IMG/VR virus record: IMGVR_UViG_3300010366_000019 | Span: 1-45,401 of that record | Direction: 5' to 3' (one strand) | Source of the DNA: a virus | Lineage: Duplodnaviria; Caudoviricetes | DNA: 45,401 nt | Shown here: positions 16,401 to 25,075 of the stretch, in pieces | How the letters are laid out: the number at the start of each line of letters is the position of its first letter | Position numbering within the stretch: position 1 is the stretch's first letter | Position numbers and translations under genes: made by a program | Notes under the pieces: generated by a model | The model's database searches: none | What the model was told of the DNA's origin: nothing | What the model saw: only the letters and a program-made list of their open reading frames with translations

Positions 16401-19400
16401 CTCGGATGTCGTTGACCGTCGTGCCGGTCGTCGGCGGCTCGATCGGCACCGGCACCCGCTCCTCGCCGGAGCCGAAGCCGAGCATCGAACCACTGGGCAG
16501 GCGAGCGAGCTCGTCGTCGCCGGTGACGGGGTTGTGGTGCTTGAGGTACACCATCGACTCGACCTGGCTCCGGGCGTTGGCGTCGGCCTTATCCCTCGCT
16601 GCACGTGCAGCGATCACCTTGGGGTCCTCGTTCATCGCCGTCTCGCGGGCCACGTCGTTGGCGATCACCGACTCGGCGGCGTGGCGCTCGTAGTACTTGC
16701 CACCCTTGGTCGTGAACTGCCCGCCCATGGACTTGGCTTCACGGGCTGCCTTGTTCCGCTGGGCCTGGGTCAGGCTGGGGTCGAGGGCCTCTGCCTTCTT
16801 GGCCTGCCACTCCCGGTAGGCCTGGTTGTACTCGTCGTAGTTCCGGGCCCGCCCCGCCGGACGCTGGGCCAGGAGATCCGCCCCCTCCTGCGTGAGTGCC
16901 AGATCCGGCGGGACGGGCTGCTCCACCGTGCGTCGCCCTTGCGGGAGGGTAGGCACGGCCCGGCTGGCCTCGATGTTCGCTGCCGCCTCTTCCGGCGTCA
17001 GCGTCGAGGGTGGGAACTGCCTGGCGTTGGTGAGGCTCTCGACGGTGGTGAACGTCTGCGGCTCGGCCATGTTCGAGCGAGCCAGGATGTCCTGCGTCGT
17101 GCTGCGATAACGCTGTTTTCGCAGGTAGTCCTCGACGGCCAGCTTGGCCTCACGCTCGGAGGCGAAGGTGACGCTGCGCAGCCCGTCGTCGTGCTGGTTG
17201 AACGCCATCCAGCGGGTGGGACCTGGGCCCTCGGGCAACCCGAGAGGTGCTGTTGGCTGCCGAGGACCCAGACCTCCCTCAGGCATGTACCGGAACGGTT
17301 CGCCACGCTGGTGGGGTGGCGCGGCCATGAACGGTTCGACGGTCCACCCTTCGTCGGGACCAGTGAGCGCAGCGACCGAGCGCGTCTCCTCGCCGACGCC
17401 GGGCACCTCCTTGGTGGTCCAGCGTCGGGTGATGCGCTTGGTCGGGGACTTGGCGGCGGCGGGCTCAGGCTCGGAGGGCGTCGGTGCCTCCGGCGTCGGC
17501 GCCGGCTCGGGCTCGGCCATGAACGAGCGCTGGTGTTCGATCTCGTCCTTGGCTTCCTTCTGCGTCTTGAAGGTGCCGAAGTCGTAGTTGCCGTCGTCGA
17601 AGGTGACCCGCCACTCCTTGCCCGCCTTCTCCATGGCGAAGCCGTCATCGCTGGCGAAGCTGCCATCAGGCTGGCGCTTCAGCGTGGTATCGAGGGTGGG
17701 TGCAGGCGGCGGCTCTTCGGCCGGGACCCGAGCCACCGGTTCCGCCCCGGCCTCCGGTCCACCGCCTGCACGGATCTGTTCCTCGACGCGGTTGAGTTCG
17801 TCCTCGATCGAGTCGGCGGTCTCGTCGTCGCCGGCTTCGACCGCATCGCGGAAGCGGTTGGTCAGATCCTGGCGCTGGGCCATCAGGTCTTCGGCCGGGG
17901 GCGCCGCCTTCGGCACGTCGGGCACAGCCTGCTCGGTGGCCTGGCGAGCCCGCGCCTCTTCCATCTTCTGGCGCAGCTGAGCCTGGACGTCGGGCGGCGC
18001 TGCCGAGCGGATCGGCTCAGGGGCGGTCGCCTGCACGGTCGCCTCAGGCGACGGCGTCGGCACGTCGGGCGGCATCGGCGTGATCTCACGCGACTCGGCG
18101 ACGATCTCCTTCACCGCATCGGTGGTCTCCTGCGTCAGCTTCCCGTCGACCGTCCGGTAGATCGGGATGCCCTGCTCGCGCATGTGGTTGAGGGCGTCGA
18201 CGTACAGCTGACGCTCGGCGGCGAAGCGGTCTTCGCTGTTGAAGTTCGAGCGGATGTAGGCGTTGGCCTCCTGCACTCGCTCCTTCGACACGTACCGGGG
18301 GTGCGCCGCCTCGGCCTGGCGCACCGCTTCCTCGGCCTTGTCGACCGGCTCCTGCAGGATCTTGCGACGTCGGGCCGCCTCGGCCTTCATCTCGCTGGAG
18401 CCCTTGAGGTACTGCGCTTCGAGCTTGGCCTCCTGGTCGTTCAGCCGACGCAGCGTCTTGTCGAGCTCGGTCCTGATGCGGCGCTGATCTCTGGGGATCT
18501 GCTTGCCGTAGCGGTCGGTGATCTCCTTGATGGCGTCCTCGGTGTCGGAGATCTGCGCCCGCACGGTGTGCGACAGGCCGACCAAGTCGTCGACGTTCTC
18601 GCTGTTGAGGGGACCGACCTTCTTGATCTCGGCGTCGACCTTGTCCAGCACCAGGTTGATCCGCTTGATCTGGGTGTCGGCCTCCTTCTCCTTGCGCTTC
18701 AACCCGTCCATCAGCTGCGAGCGCAAGTCCTTCAGGTTGTCGGCCAGCGTCGAGCGGGTGGCCGTGACGTCCTTGCCGATGGCCTCGGTGTACTGGTGCC
18801 CGTTCTTGATCAGGTAGTCGCGCTGCTGCTGCGTGGCGTCGTAGGCCTTGGTCCAGCCGAACAGCTGGTCCCACTTCGACGTCGGCTCCTCACCCTTGGC
18901 CGGGATGACACCGGCCCGCTGCCCGGCGACGAAGCCCTTCTTGACCTGCTCGACGACCGGGTTGGTGCGGGCCCACTCGTTGCGCTTGACGATGGCGTCC
19001 CACTTCTCGCCCGTCATCTCGTGCATGAACGGGCTCTTGCTGGCCAGCATCCGGTCGAGGGCGAAGTCCCGACCAGCCTGACGGGACACCGACGAGACGT
19101 AGGCCTCGCCGATCTTCGCCGGGTCGTCCATGTAGGCCTTGCCCTTGAACTCCGGGAAGGCCTGCTTCAGCTGATCGTTGAGCTCCTCGATCGTCCCGTC
19201 CTTGAGGGTGATCGTGCGATCGCCGACCTTGAAGTCCTTGGCCACGCCGACCGTCTCGGGCTTCAGCTGCCGGGCCTTGTCGAGGTTGTGGCTGCTTTCC
19301 AGCAAGTCGTCGCTGGTGAACTTCGCCGCCTTCATGTACTCCTCGACCGACTTGTCCTGGAGGTGAGCGTTGAGGAAGCGCTTGAACTCCGGCGTCATCA

Positions 19401-20988
19401 GGTGCGGGACGTAGGTATCGGGGTTGACGTGCGGCGCGTCGCCGAGCATCTTGCGCCCGGTCACGTGCTCGTACAGGTCGGGCAGGTCGTGGCCGAAGAA
19501 CTGGTTCACCCGGTTGCTCTCGCCAGCCTTGGCCTCGGCGTCGTGGAACAGCTGACGCAGTTCGGACTCGCCGCCCTTGCCCTTGAACTCGCGGATGAAT
19601 GTGGTCAGCATCCGGTTGCCCCGACCCTCGAACACGTTCTTGCCCTGGCGCAGCAGGTTGTGGAGGCGGATGTGCGACGCCGCCTCGAAGGCGTCGCCCT
19701 TGGCGCCACGGCTGAGGATGCGACTGGCCTCCTCGGTCCCCTTGGTGGCGAACTTCTCCATCGCCTTGCCGAGCAGCGGGGTGTCGTTGGCCAGGGCCCG
19801 CAGCGCTCCGGTGATGTCGGCGGTGCGCTGCACGATGCGACCGGTGTGGGGGAGCTCGATGGCCGCCTCACCGATACCGAAGCCCAGCGCCGGCTCGCCG
19901 AGACCGATGGCCTCCCGCAGCGCTGGGTCGCGGATGGTGTTGAAGCCACGCTCGCCAGCACGGGCGAGCTCGGGGCCGTACTGCTCGTAGAGATGCGGCG
20001 CCTTCTCGGCGATCTCCCCGAGGAACGCCTCCCTCGCCTTGCGTCCTTGATGCAGCGGCATCTCTCGCTGCGGGATCTGGCTCGCTTCCTCGAACAAGCG
20101 CCGCGCTTCCGCATCCTTGCGGTTCGACTCGATGACGAGTTCCAGCCCACGCTGCGCGGTCTCGCCGAGCTTGGCCCCTCGGGGTGCGATCTCCTCCAGG
20201 CCCTCGGTGGCCTTGGCCGCACGGGCCAACGCCCGCGATTCCTCCAGCGCCCGGGCCGCCTCGGCCAGCTTGCCCGACTTCTCCAGCGCCCCACCGACAC
20301 GGGTGGCACCACCGGTGATGTACATCGTCGGGTCGAAGGCCACGTCGCCGATGAAGCCGCCGACCCGGTTCACCCACTCCGGGTTCTCCTGGTTGAGGAG
20401 TTCGCCGTAGCCGTAGGTCGAGCCCGGCTTGACCTTCTCCCACGGGCTGCGGGTGTCCTTGTTGGCCTGGTCGATGTCGATGGCGTTGATCAGCTGGCCG
20501 AAGCCGGGGATCAGGTTGACCGCCCCGGTGACGTAGGGGTTGTCGATCTTGTGCTCGATGCGCGCCGCCGTCTCGGCGCCGAGCACACCGCTGCGCTGGG
20601 CCGTGCCGAAGACCCAGTCGATGGGGGTGAGGACCGCCTTGGACACCGGGTTCCCGAGGGCGATGCCCAGGCCCTTCTTGTACCACGGGGTCTGATCCCA
20701 GGCCTGGTTCTCGGCCTGCTGCTGGGCCTGCTCCTGGCGCTGCTTCTGGGCCGCCGGCGAGTTCATCACCTTGTCGAACTCGGCCGACCAGTCGACCGGA
20801 CCGGCGCTGCGTTGCACCGCCTGGGTGCGTGACGGCGGTGCCGTCGTACGCCTGCCGCCGGTGCGCTGTGGCGGTGACGGCTGGCGCTGGGCGACCGGGA
20901 CTTGGCGCCCCGGCGAGTAGACGACGACGCGTCGCTGGGGGTTCTGCGCTGCATGTGCAGCGGCCAGGATCTCCAGCGGACTAGCCAT
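13420..20988 (-). CDS. Giant (~2520 aa) putative internal virion/DNA-ejection protein
   Basis: Follows tail genes in a phage lacking tape measure/major tail genes; helical; C-terminal PGFH.RN..HFDY..VPFW region recalls large polyvalent proteins. Confidence 0.7.
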   Translation of the reverse strand: MASPLEILAAAHAAQNPQRRVVVYSPGRQVPVAQRQPSPPQRTGGRRTTAPPSRTQAVQRSAGPVDWSAEFDKVMNSPAAQKQRQEQAQQQAENQAWDQTPWYKKGLGIALGNPVSKAVLTPIDWVFGTAQRSGVLGAETAARIEHKIDNPYVTGAVNLIPGFGQLINAIDIDQANKDTRSPWEKVKPGSTYGYGELLNQENPEWVNRVGGFIGDVAFDPTMYITGGATRVGGALEKSGKLAEAARALEESRALARAAKATEGLEEIAPRGAKLGETAQRGLELVIESNRKDAEARRLFEEASQIPQREMPLHQGRKAREAFLGEIAEKAPHLYEQYGPELARAGERGFNTIRDPALREAIGLGEPALGFGIGEAAIELPHTGRIVQRTADITGALRALANDTPLLGKAMEKFATKGTEEASRILSRGAKGDAFEAASHIRLHNLLRQGKNVFEGRGNRMLTTFIREFKGKGGESELRQLFHDAEAKAGESNRVNQFFGHDLPDLYEHVTGRKMLGDAPHVNPDTYVPHLMTPEFKRFLNAHLQDKSVEEYMKAAKFTSDDLLESSHNLDKARQLKPETVGVAKDFKVGDRTITLKDGTIEELNDQLKQAFPEFKGKAYMDDPAKIGEAYVSSVSRQAGRDFALDRMLASKSPFMHEMTGEKWDAIVKRNEWARTNPVVEQVKKGFVAGQRAGVIPAKGEEPTSKWDQLFGWTKAYDATQQQRDYLIKNGHQYTEAIGKDVTATRSTLADNLKDLRSQLMDGLKRKEKEADTQIKRINLVLDKVDAEIKKVGPLNSENVDDLVGLSHTVRAQISDTEDAIKEITDRYGKQIPRDQRRIRTELDKTLRRLNDQEAKLEAQYLKGSSEMKAEAARRRKILQEPVDKAEEAVRQAEAAHPRYVSKERVQEANAYIRSNFNSEDRFAAERQLYVDALNHMREQGIPIYRTVDGKLTQETTDAVKEIVAESREITPMPPDVPTPSPEATVQATAPEPIRSAAPPDVQAQLRQKMEEARARQATEQAVPDVPKAAPPAEDLMAQRQDLTNRFRDAVEAGDDETADSIEDELNRVEEQIRAGGGPEAGAEPVARVPAEEPPPAPTLDTTLKRQPDGSFASDDGFAMEKAGKEWRVTFDDGNYDFGTFKTQKEAKDEIEHQRSFMAEPEPAPTPEAPTPSEPEPAAAKSPTKRITRRWTTKEVPGVGEETRSVAALTGPDEGWTVEPFMAAPPHQRGEPFRYMPEGGLGPRQPTAPLGLPEGPGPTRWMAFNQHDDGLRSVTFASEREAKLAVEDYLRKQRYRSTTQDILARSNMAEPQTFTTVESLTNARQFPPSTLTPEEAAANIEASRAVPTLPQGRRTVEQPVPPDLALTQEGADLLAQRPAGRARNYDEYNQAYREWQAKKAEALDPSLTQAQRNKAAREAKSMGGQFTTKGGKYYERHAAESVIANDVARETAMNEDPKVIAARAARDKADANARSQVESMVYLKHHNPVTGDDELARLPSGSMLGFGSGEERVPVPIEPPTTGTTVNDIRAEQPRDVRPGIPQGQRDADRQLLDSGVSMLMPGEVRQQYDAFSKRADEITQRLEASVENERNLRSLNDATKATYTEDVKAAEDSVREAQRAEERAYLDMTKGHRNMTESEARAAYDRAVEASRRAEFAANQVRNGWMNADRAYKQALEHRDEYLKAAGDVTRAEQAIHGSTRAGDALIADVRAGTLPKDLRVGGYPASEEYKKLARNLRQADQKLQVMEDAGVVYLTDAQRRDLQGVLNDIDVEQRNLINQTMQDKVVTPGTELLPRTDPVEEALRAGYNPGSFVERFGNEPAGTRIPPTMGTGDELKARAFAESLEPTEPAQRQVFSLSEQGAPQRTTELRGRQPYAPGTEREAIANLERQAHDIEAGPVGQEFRQQRENIAAERQVATDTAADARREVKRIAEQERDETLLPIRDRAQTLTQVDAALNEKAKFIPQREEARAQRKVIVDNKVTKKMDVVKVADDIEKVARQNPELLDKDLATVEGILQDARQEADRLTENDLTSKQVQGAIDAVANPNDKTLDIMLTTVGQNWKMLYDATGGKEALLQEGDIILSRNLHKSFTNLYEQTRDRVLFGRTFNAITNLFKTYATLTPGFHMRNALSGIFMNSIDGVPMATQLAGAQLWKQYMDGGEEWLKNVEHYKGFTGDEIRAAFDATHGSGAGGRFTEPGFAEITEHNRITDRMEKLTRNKATRWSQRVGERVEGSLRLGMALDSVKAGDDVTSAIQRINRIHFDYGEISSFDEKMKRIVPFWTFASRNLPMQVSEMWTHPRGYRLYENFVANFRSDDEEYTPAYWTKAGAWNTGLKIPKTNIPILRDAGGLPIYVMPDTGYSRIQQDFQDFEDFLSLKRPGAVLSQANPLFSAPVEFATRKDIFTGQSFEPGETTPASGITNLPLQALARIFGQEKGGEVDAAFANAYRALNPLADRTSRLLPSDDQGKQRRLESILRIGAGAPVRTLTPKQQQNEYFNRYYTQRDAMKRELERLQRKAG
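16597..16612. repeat. 16-bp palindrome copy inside the giant CDS
   Basis: Exact match (18 bp with flanking t/a), read as AARAA. Confidence 0.95.
20947..20962. repeat. Palindrome variant CGCTGCATGTGCAGCG near the 5' end of the giant gene
   Basis: 15/16 match. Confidence 0.85.
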
Positions 20989-22651
20989 AGAGCATCCGAG
21001 CGGCGTTGGCGTTGCGCGACGCCATGGCGTCACGGAACGGCGTCTGTCCCGACCGGCTCAGCACGTAAGCCCGACCGATGGCAGCGGCGACGGCGTTGAT
21101 CGGGTCACGGTACGTGGCCTGGAAGGCGGCGTTGGCCGCCTGGCTGCGCCGAGCGACGGCGTCGTTGGCCCGCTGCCGCTGGCCCGACACGGTGTCGTCG
21201 GCGACGTGGTACGGACGACTGCCACCCGAGGGCTTGGTCTGCGTCAGCTGCCCGTTCGGTCCCTTCGTCTGGCTGTACACCCGGGTCGACAGCGGCTGCT
21301 GGTCCTTGCCCCCGAAGGTGAACGGCACGGCGTTGCCCGCCTGGTCGGTGATGGCGAAGGGCGTCGTGCCTTCGGTCTGGATCCCCTTGGCGTTGGCGGC
21401 CCGCTTCATGGCGGCGTCGATGAAGCTCTTGCGCTTCTCGTCCTCGGCCTGGATGTAGGCCGCCGTGCCCTTGGTCTTGCCGGGGATCTCCGATCCGGTC
21501 TTGCGGAAGTTCTGGTAGTCGAGCTCGGCCGCCTTGTTGGCGGCTTCGAGCGAGTCCTTGTCCAGCCCGTAGGGGTTGCCCGGCGCCGCGCCAGTCGGCG
21601 CGGTGTGGGCGCCACCGCGGTAGGCCGCCATCATCTTGTCGAGGTCGTCGGCTGCCTTGCCCGACGCCTGGGCCTGGGTGTTGAGCCCGGCGACGTACTT
21701 GTCGTAGCCGCCCAAGGTCTTCTGGTAGTCGGCCGACGAGGCGAGGATGTCGTCGAACGACTGCCCGCCCTCGGCCGAGGCGAACTGCTTGATGTAGTCG
21801 GGGTCCTCGTACGTCGCGGTCGGGTAGGGGATGCCGAACTTGTCGTAGGCCAGCATCTGCGGCGTCTTCTTCATCGCCTCTTCGGGCGTCTTGGAGTACG
21901 ACAGCCCGGTCTGCGGATCGGTGTAGGCCACGTCGGGGTCGTTCATCAGGTCCGACCACACGTTGGTGGTGAAGGCCCGGACCGTGTCCGTGTTGTACGT
22001 GGAGTCGCCGAGCTTCTTGGTGCTGCCCTGGCCGCCGATGCTCAGCCCAGCCGGACCCTCCTGCTTCAGCGGGCCCATCGAGGCCAGCACCGACGCCTTC
22101 AGGTCCTTGCTGTTCTGGTCGAGCTTCGGGTCGTCGGGCGCGTTGACGTACTCGTACAGCGCCTCCTCGGCCTGAGCCGGGGACAGGCCCTTGTTCAGGA
22201 TCTGATCCGACACGAAGGCCTGCCAGCCGCCGCTCTGAGCCAGCGACTCCGCCTTGCGCCGACCAGGCAGGTTGACCGGGGAGCCGAACTCGTACGTCGG
22301 CGTGAAGGCGTTGGGGTCGTAGCTGCCCGCCCCGCCGTAGCCGGACAGGATGTTGTCGACCGACAGCGAGCCCATGTCCTGCAGCAGGTTGACCTTGCCC
22401 GCCACCTGAGCCCGGTCGGAGTTGTTGATCTTGCCCTTGGTGGTGAAGCCGGCGACCGAGGGCTGGATGTCGGAGCCCTCCGACGTGGGCGTGAAGTCCA
22501 TCGTCGTGTCGGGGTAGCTGAAGTCGAAGCCGCCCGGGCTCGCCGTCGTCGGGTTGAAGCTCGTCGCCGTGCTGCCGCCCATCGCCTGGCTCATGAGCAT
22601 GTCCTGCTCGTCGGGCGTCAGGCTCGACCACCACTGGTCATCGAAGCTCAT
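20981..22651 (-). CDS. Putative internal virion (ejection) protein
   Basis: 556 aa; synteny; ggagg RBS. Confidence 0.6.
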   Translation of the reverse strand: MSFDDQWWSSLTPDEQDMLMSQAMGGSTATSFNPTTASPGGFDFSYPDTTMDFTPTSEGSDIQPSVAGFTTKGKINNSDRAQVAGKVNLLQDMGSLSVDNILSGYGGAGSYDPNAFTPTYEFGSPVNLPGRRKAESLAQSGGWQAFVSDQILNKGLSPAQAEEALYEYVNAPDDPKLDQNSKDLKASVLASMGPLKQEGPAGLSIGGQGSTKKLGDSTYNTDTVRAFTTNVWSDLMNDPDVAYTDPQTGLSYSKTPEEAMKKTPQMLAYDKFGIPYPTATYEDPDYIKQFASAEGGQSFDDILASSADYQKTLGGYDKYVAGLNTQAQASGKAADDLDKMMAAYRGGAHTAPTGAAPGNPYGLDKDSLEAANKAAELDYQNFRKTGSEIPGKTKGTAAYIQAEDEKRKSFIDAAMKRAANAKGIQTEGTTPFAITDQAGNAVPFTFGGKDQQPLSTRVYSQTKGPNGQLTQTKPSGGSRPYHVADDTVSGQRQRANDAVARRSQAANAAFQATYRDPINAVAAAIGRAYVLSRSGQTPFRDAMASRNANAARMLYG

Positions 22652-22654
22652 CGG

Positions 22655-23716
22655 TTACCTCCCGGCCATCAGCGTGTCGAGGTTCGGCATCGCCACCTTG
22701 GAGCCCTTGAGCTCCGGGAACAGACCGAGCAGGGCCTGCATCTGGGCGTTGATGTAACTGTTCTGGTTCGAGGTGTTGAGGTCGGCGACCTGGTTCGCCC
22801 GCTGCCAGTTCTGCATCGCCTCCTGCTGCGCCGTCTGGTAGTTCATCTGGTCGACCTGCTGCTGGTAGGCGGCCTGGGCCTGGCTGCGCTGCAGGCCGAT
22901 GCCGGTCTGGCCCTGCAGGGCGGCGACGTCGAGGGCTCGGTCGGTGACGCCCTGGTTGATCTGGGCGTTGCGCAGGCGGTTGGCCTGGGCGGTGTCCTCG
23001 TTGGCGCCGAGGATCCTCCACAGGTTGGAGAACGCAGCGTTGCCGGCGGCCTGGCCCTGCACCTGCTGAGCGGCGACGGCGGGGTTCACGCCCTGACCGA
23101 CCATCATGCTCTGCATCTGCTGGGAGTTCATGCCCGGGCCCTGGGTCTGGTAGTTCGGCTGCTGGAAGGCGTTCTGGTAGCTGTTCGTGAGGTACGAGTT
23201 CAGGTTCTGATACGCCTGCTGGGCCGCCGCCCGGTCGCTGGCCACGGCCTGGTTGAACTGCCCCGTCAGCTGGTCGTACATCGACGGGTCGAACTTGCCC
23301 TGCCAGTCGGGCAGGTCGATCGTCGTCGCTACCTCGTTGGTCGGCTTCGACCGAGCCAGCAGCTGGGTCAGCCAGTCGATCTGGGCCTGGCTGTAGGCCG
23401 GGGCGACAGCACCACCACCACCACCACCGCGACGCCCGCCACCGCCGCTGCTCTTCTTGGCGCCACCGCTGCTGGCCACCTTGGGAGCGGCCAGCTTCGG
23501 CGTGTTCGAGTAGCTGCTGGTGGTGGTGTGAGCCGCTGCGTTGTAGGCGCTGTCGAGGGCAGCGTTGGTCAGGCCGACGCCACCGGCCTTGAGGCGCTGG
23601 GCGATCGGGTCGTTGGCGATGGCCGCCGACGACGACACGCCGACGCGGACCGGGGACTGCGACGGCAGCGCACTGGGCTTCCACCACTGATCACCGGGCG
23701 ACCAAGAAATACCCAT
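22655..23716 (-). CDS. Putative internal virion protein
   Basis: Gln/Ala/Asn-rich helical protein; synteny. Confidence 0.6.
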   Translation of the reverse strand: MGISWSPGDQWWKPSALPSQSPVRVGVSSSAAIANDPIAQRLKAGGVGLTNAALDSAYNAAAHTTTSSYSNTPKLAAPKVASSGGAKKSSGGGGRRGGGGGGAVAPAYSQAQIDWLTQLLARSKPTNEVATTIDLPDWQGKFDPSMYDQLTGQFNQAVASDRAAAQQAYQNLNSYLTNSYQNAFQQPNYQTQGPGMNSQQMQSMMVGQGVNPAVAAQQVQGQAAGNAAFSNLWRILGANEDTAQANRLRNAQINQGVTDRALDVAALQGQTGIGLQRSQAQAAYQQQVDQMNYQTAQQEAMQNWQRANQVADLNTSNQNSYINAQMQALLGLFPELKGSKVAMPNLDTLMAGR

Positions 23717-24174
23717 CAGATCCCTCCGAGGTACGGACGCAGGGCCTCGATGGCCAGGGCAGCGTTGGCGATCTCAGCCTGCTTGCTCTGTTCGATCGAG
23801 GCCAAGGAGTTGTTGTAGTAGGCGTCCAGCTGCGCGTTCTGCAGGTCGTAGTTCTGCGCCTCCTGCGTGGCGTCCTGCTGGGCCCGGCCGTAGTCGCGGG
23901 CGTAGTCGCCGAGCATGTTGGCCATCGAGCGCTGCATCACGCCCGAGCGCACGCCCGGACCGGCGAAGCCCCGCTGGGCCCAGCCCGATTTGAAGTGCGG
24001 GAGCCCTCGGGCGAACTGCTGCGACATGTCGGCCAGCGACCGTTCGCCCCGCTGCTGAGAGAGGAAGCGACCGTAGGCGTTCGTCGCCTTGTCCGTGTTG
24101 TAGCGATACCCGAGGTCGTTGGCCTGCTGGTCGTAGGCGCCGAGATCAGGGACGCCGTAGCCACTCAGCGCCAT
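23716..24174 (-). CDS. Putative internal virion protein
   Basis: RG...SGV motif and Gln/Ala-rich helix typical of podoviral ejection proteins. Confidence 0.55.
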   Translation of the reverse strand: MALSGYGVPDLGAYDQQANDLGYRYNTDKATNAYGRFLSQQRGERSLADMSQQFARGLPHFKSGWAQRGFAGPGVRSGVMQRSMANMLGDYARDYGRAQQDATQEAQNYDLQNAQLDAYYNNSLASIEQSKQAEIANAALAIEALRPYLGGI

Positions 24175-24175
24175 G

Positions 24176-25075
24176 TCATGCCACCCGGATGATGTAGGTC
24201 ACGCCCACGTAGGGCGGGAGGTTTGCGTTGGTGACGGCGACACCGCCATCAGGATTCGCCGTCTTGCCTGCGTAGGCCGGGACGGTGACCTGGTGGGAGT
24301 GATCGACGTTGGCGCCGGTGGTCGTCAGGCCGCGATCGGCGCCGCTGGTCTGGCCGCTGACGCCGTGGGCGTGATCAGCCGACATGTAGTCGGTGGTGGC
24401 GTCGTAGGCCAGCGTGCTGCCCGCCGCCAGCGAGCCGGCGCCGCCGGTACCGCGGTAGGCGACGTAGCTGCTGAACGGAGCGTGCGGGTTGTGCCAGTGG
24501 TTGGCGTTGGCTCCCGTGGTGTTGGCCGTGAAGCTGTGCAGGTGGTCAGCCCCGCCGTGGTTGTGGTTGACCGAGTGGCCACTCGACGTCACCGTGGGGT
24601 GGACGTGATCCATCGAGTGGAGGTGGTTGACGATCGGCATGTCGGCGGAGCCGCCGGTGGTGCCGGGCGCCGCACCCATCGGGAAGTGGTTGACGAGGTT
24701 CGGCAGGTTGAAGCGACCGGCCGCCGTGCTGCCGTAGGCGGTGCCGACGACGGCGTACAGCCCGGGGTAGTCGGCGGTCTGCAACTCGGCTCCGTTGCAG
24801 ATGGCCCAGCGACCACCGGGTGGCGTGCCTGCTCCGCCGTACATCATGATCACGCCGATCGGCAGGACCTGGTCGACGTACTGCTTGGGAGCAGCATCGA
24901 GGTCGGCCACCGGGTCGCCGACCAGCTTCAGCTGCGCCAGCATCGCCACCGTGCCGCCGCGCTCGACGATCTCCTGGTTGATGTGCTGCTCGATGCGGTT
25001 GAAGTTCGCCTCGACCGGTGACGAGTCGGCCGGCGTGTAGTTCGCCAGGTCGTACTGCAGATCGATCTTGGTCAC
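24176..25075 (-). CDS. Tail fibre protein with tail-collar domain
   Basis: PIGVIMMYGG..WAICNG..YPGLYAVVGTAYG..FNLPNL; HxH repeats; NLPPY..YII; aggagg RBS before GTG 25075. Confidence 0.85.
   Translation of the reverse strand: MTKIDLQYDLANYTPADSSPVEANFNRIEQHINQEIVERGGTVAMLAQLKLVGDPVADLDAAPKQYVDQVLPIGVIMMYGGAGTPPGGRWAICNGAELQTADYPGLYAVVGTAYGSTAAGRFNLPNLVNHFPMGAAPGTTGGSADMPIVNHLHSMDHVHPTVTSSGHSVNHNHGGADHLHSFTANTTGANANHWHNPHAPFSSYVAYRGTGGAGSLAAGSTLAYDATTDYMSADHAHGVSGQTSGADRGLTTTGANVDHSHQVTVPAYAGKTANPDGGVAVTNANLPPYVGVTYIIRVA

Noticed and set aside
15898-20832. 1644-aa + strand ORF (also 21206..23818, 14086..15780, 25948..27696, 27597..29429)
   Set aside because: Antisense shadows of GC3-rich - strand genes; no motifs or RBS
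23409-23450. (CCA)n/(CCG)n simple repeat as a phase-variable tract
   Set aside because: In-frame poly-Gly codons of the 22655..23716 protein
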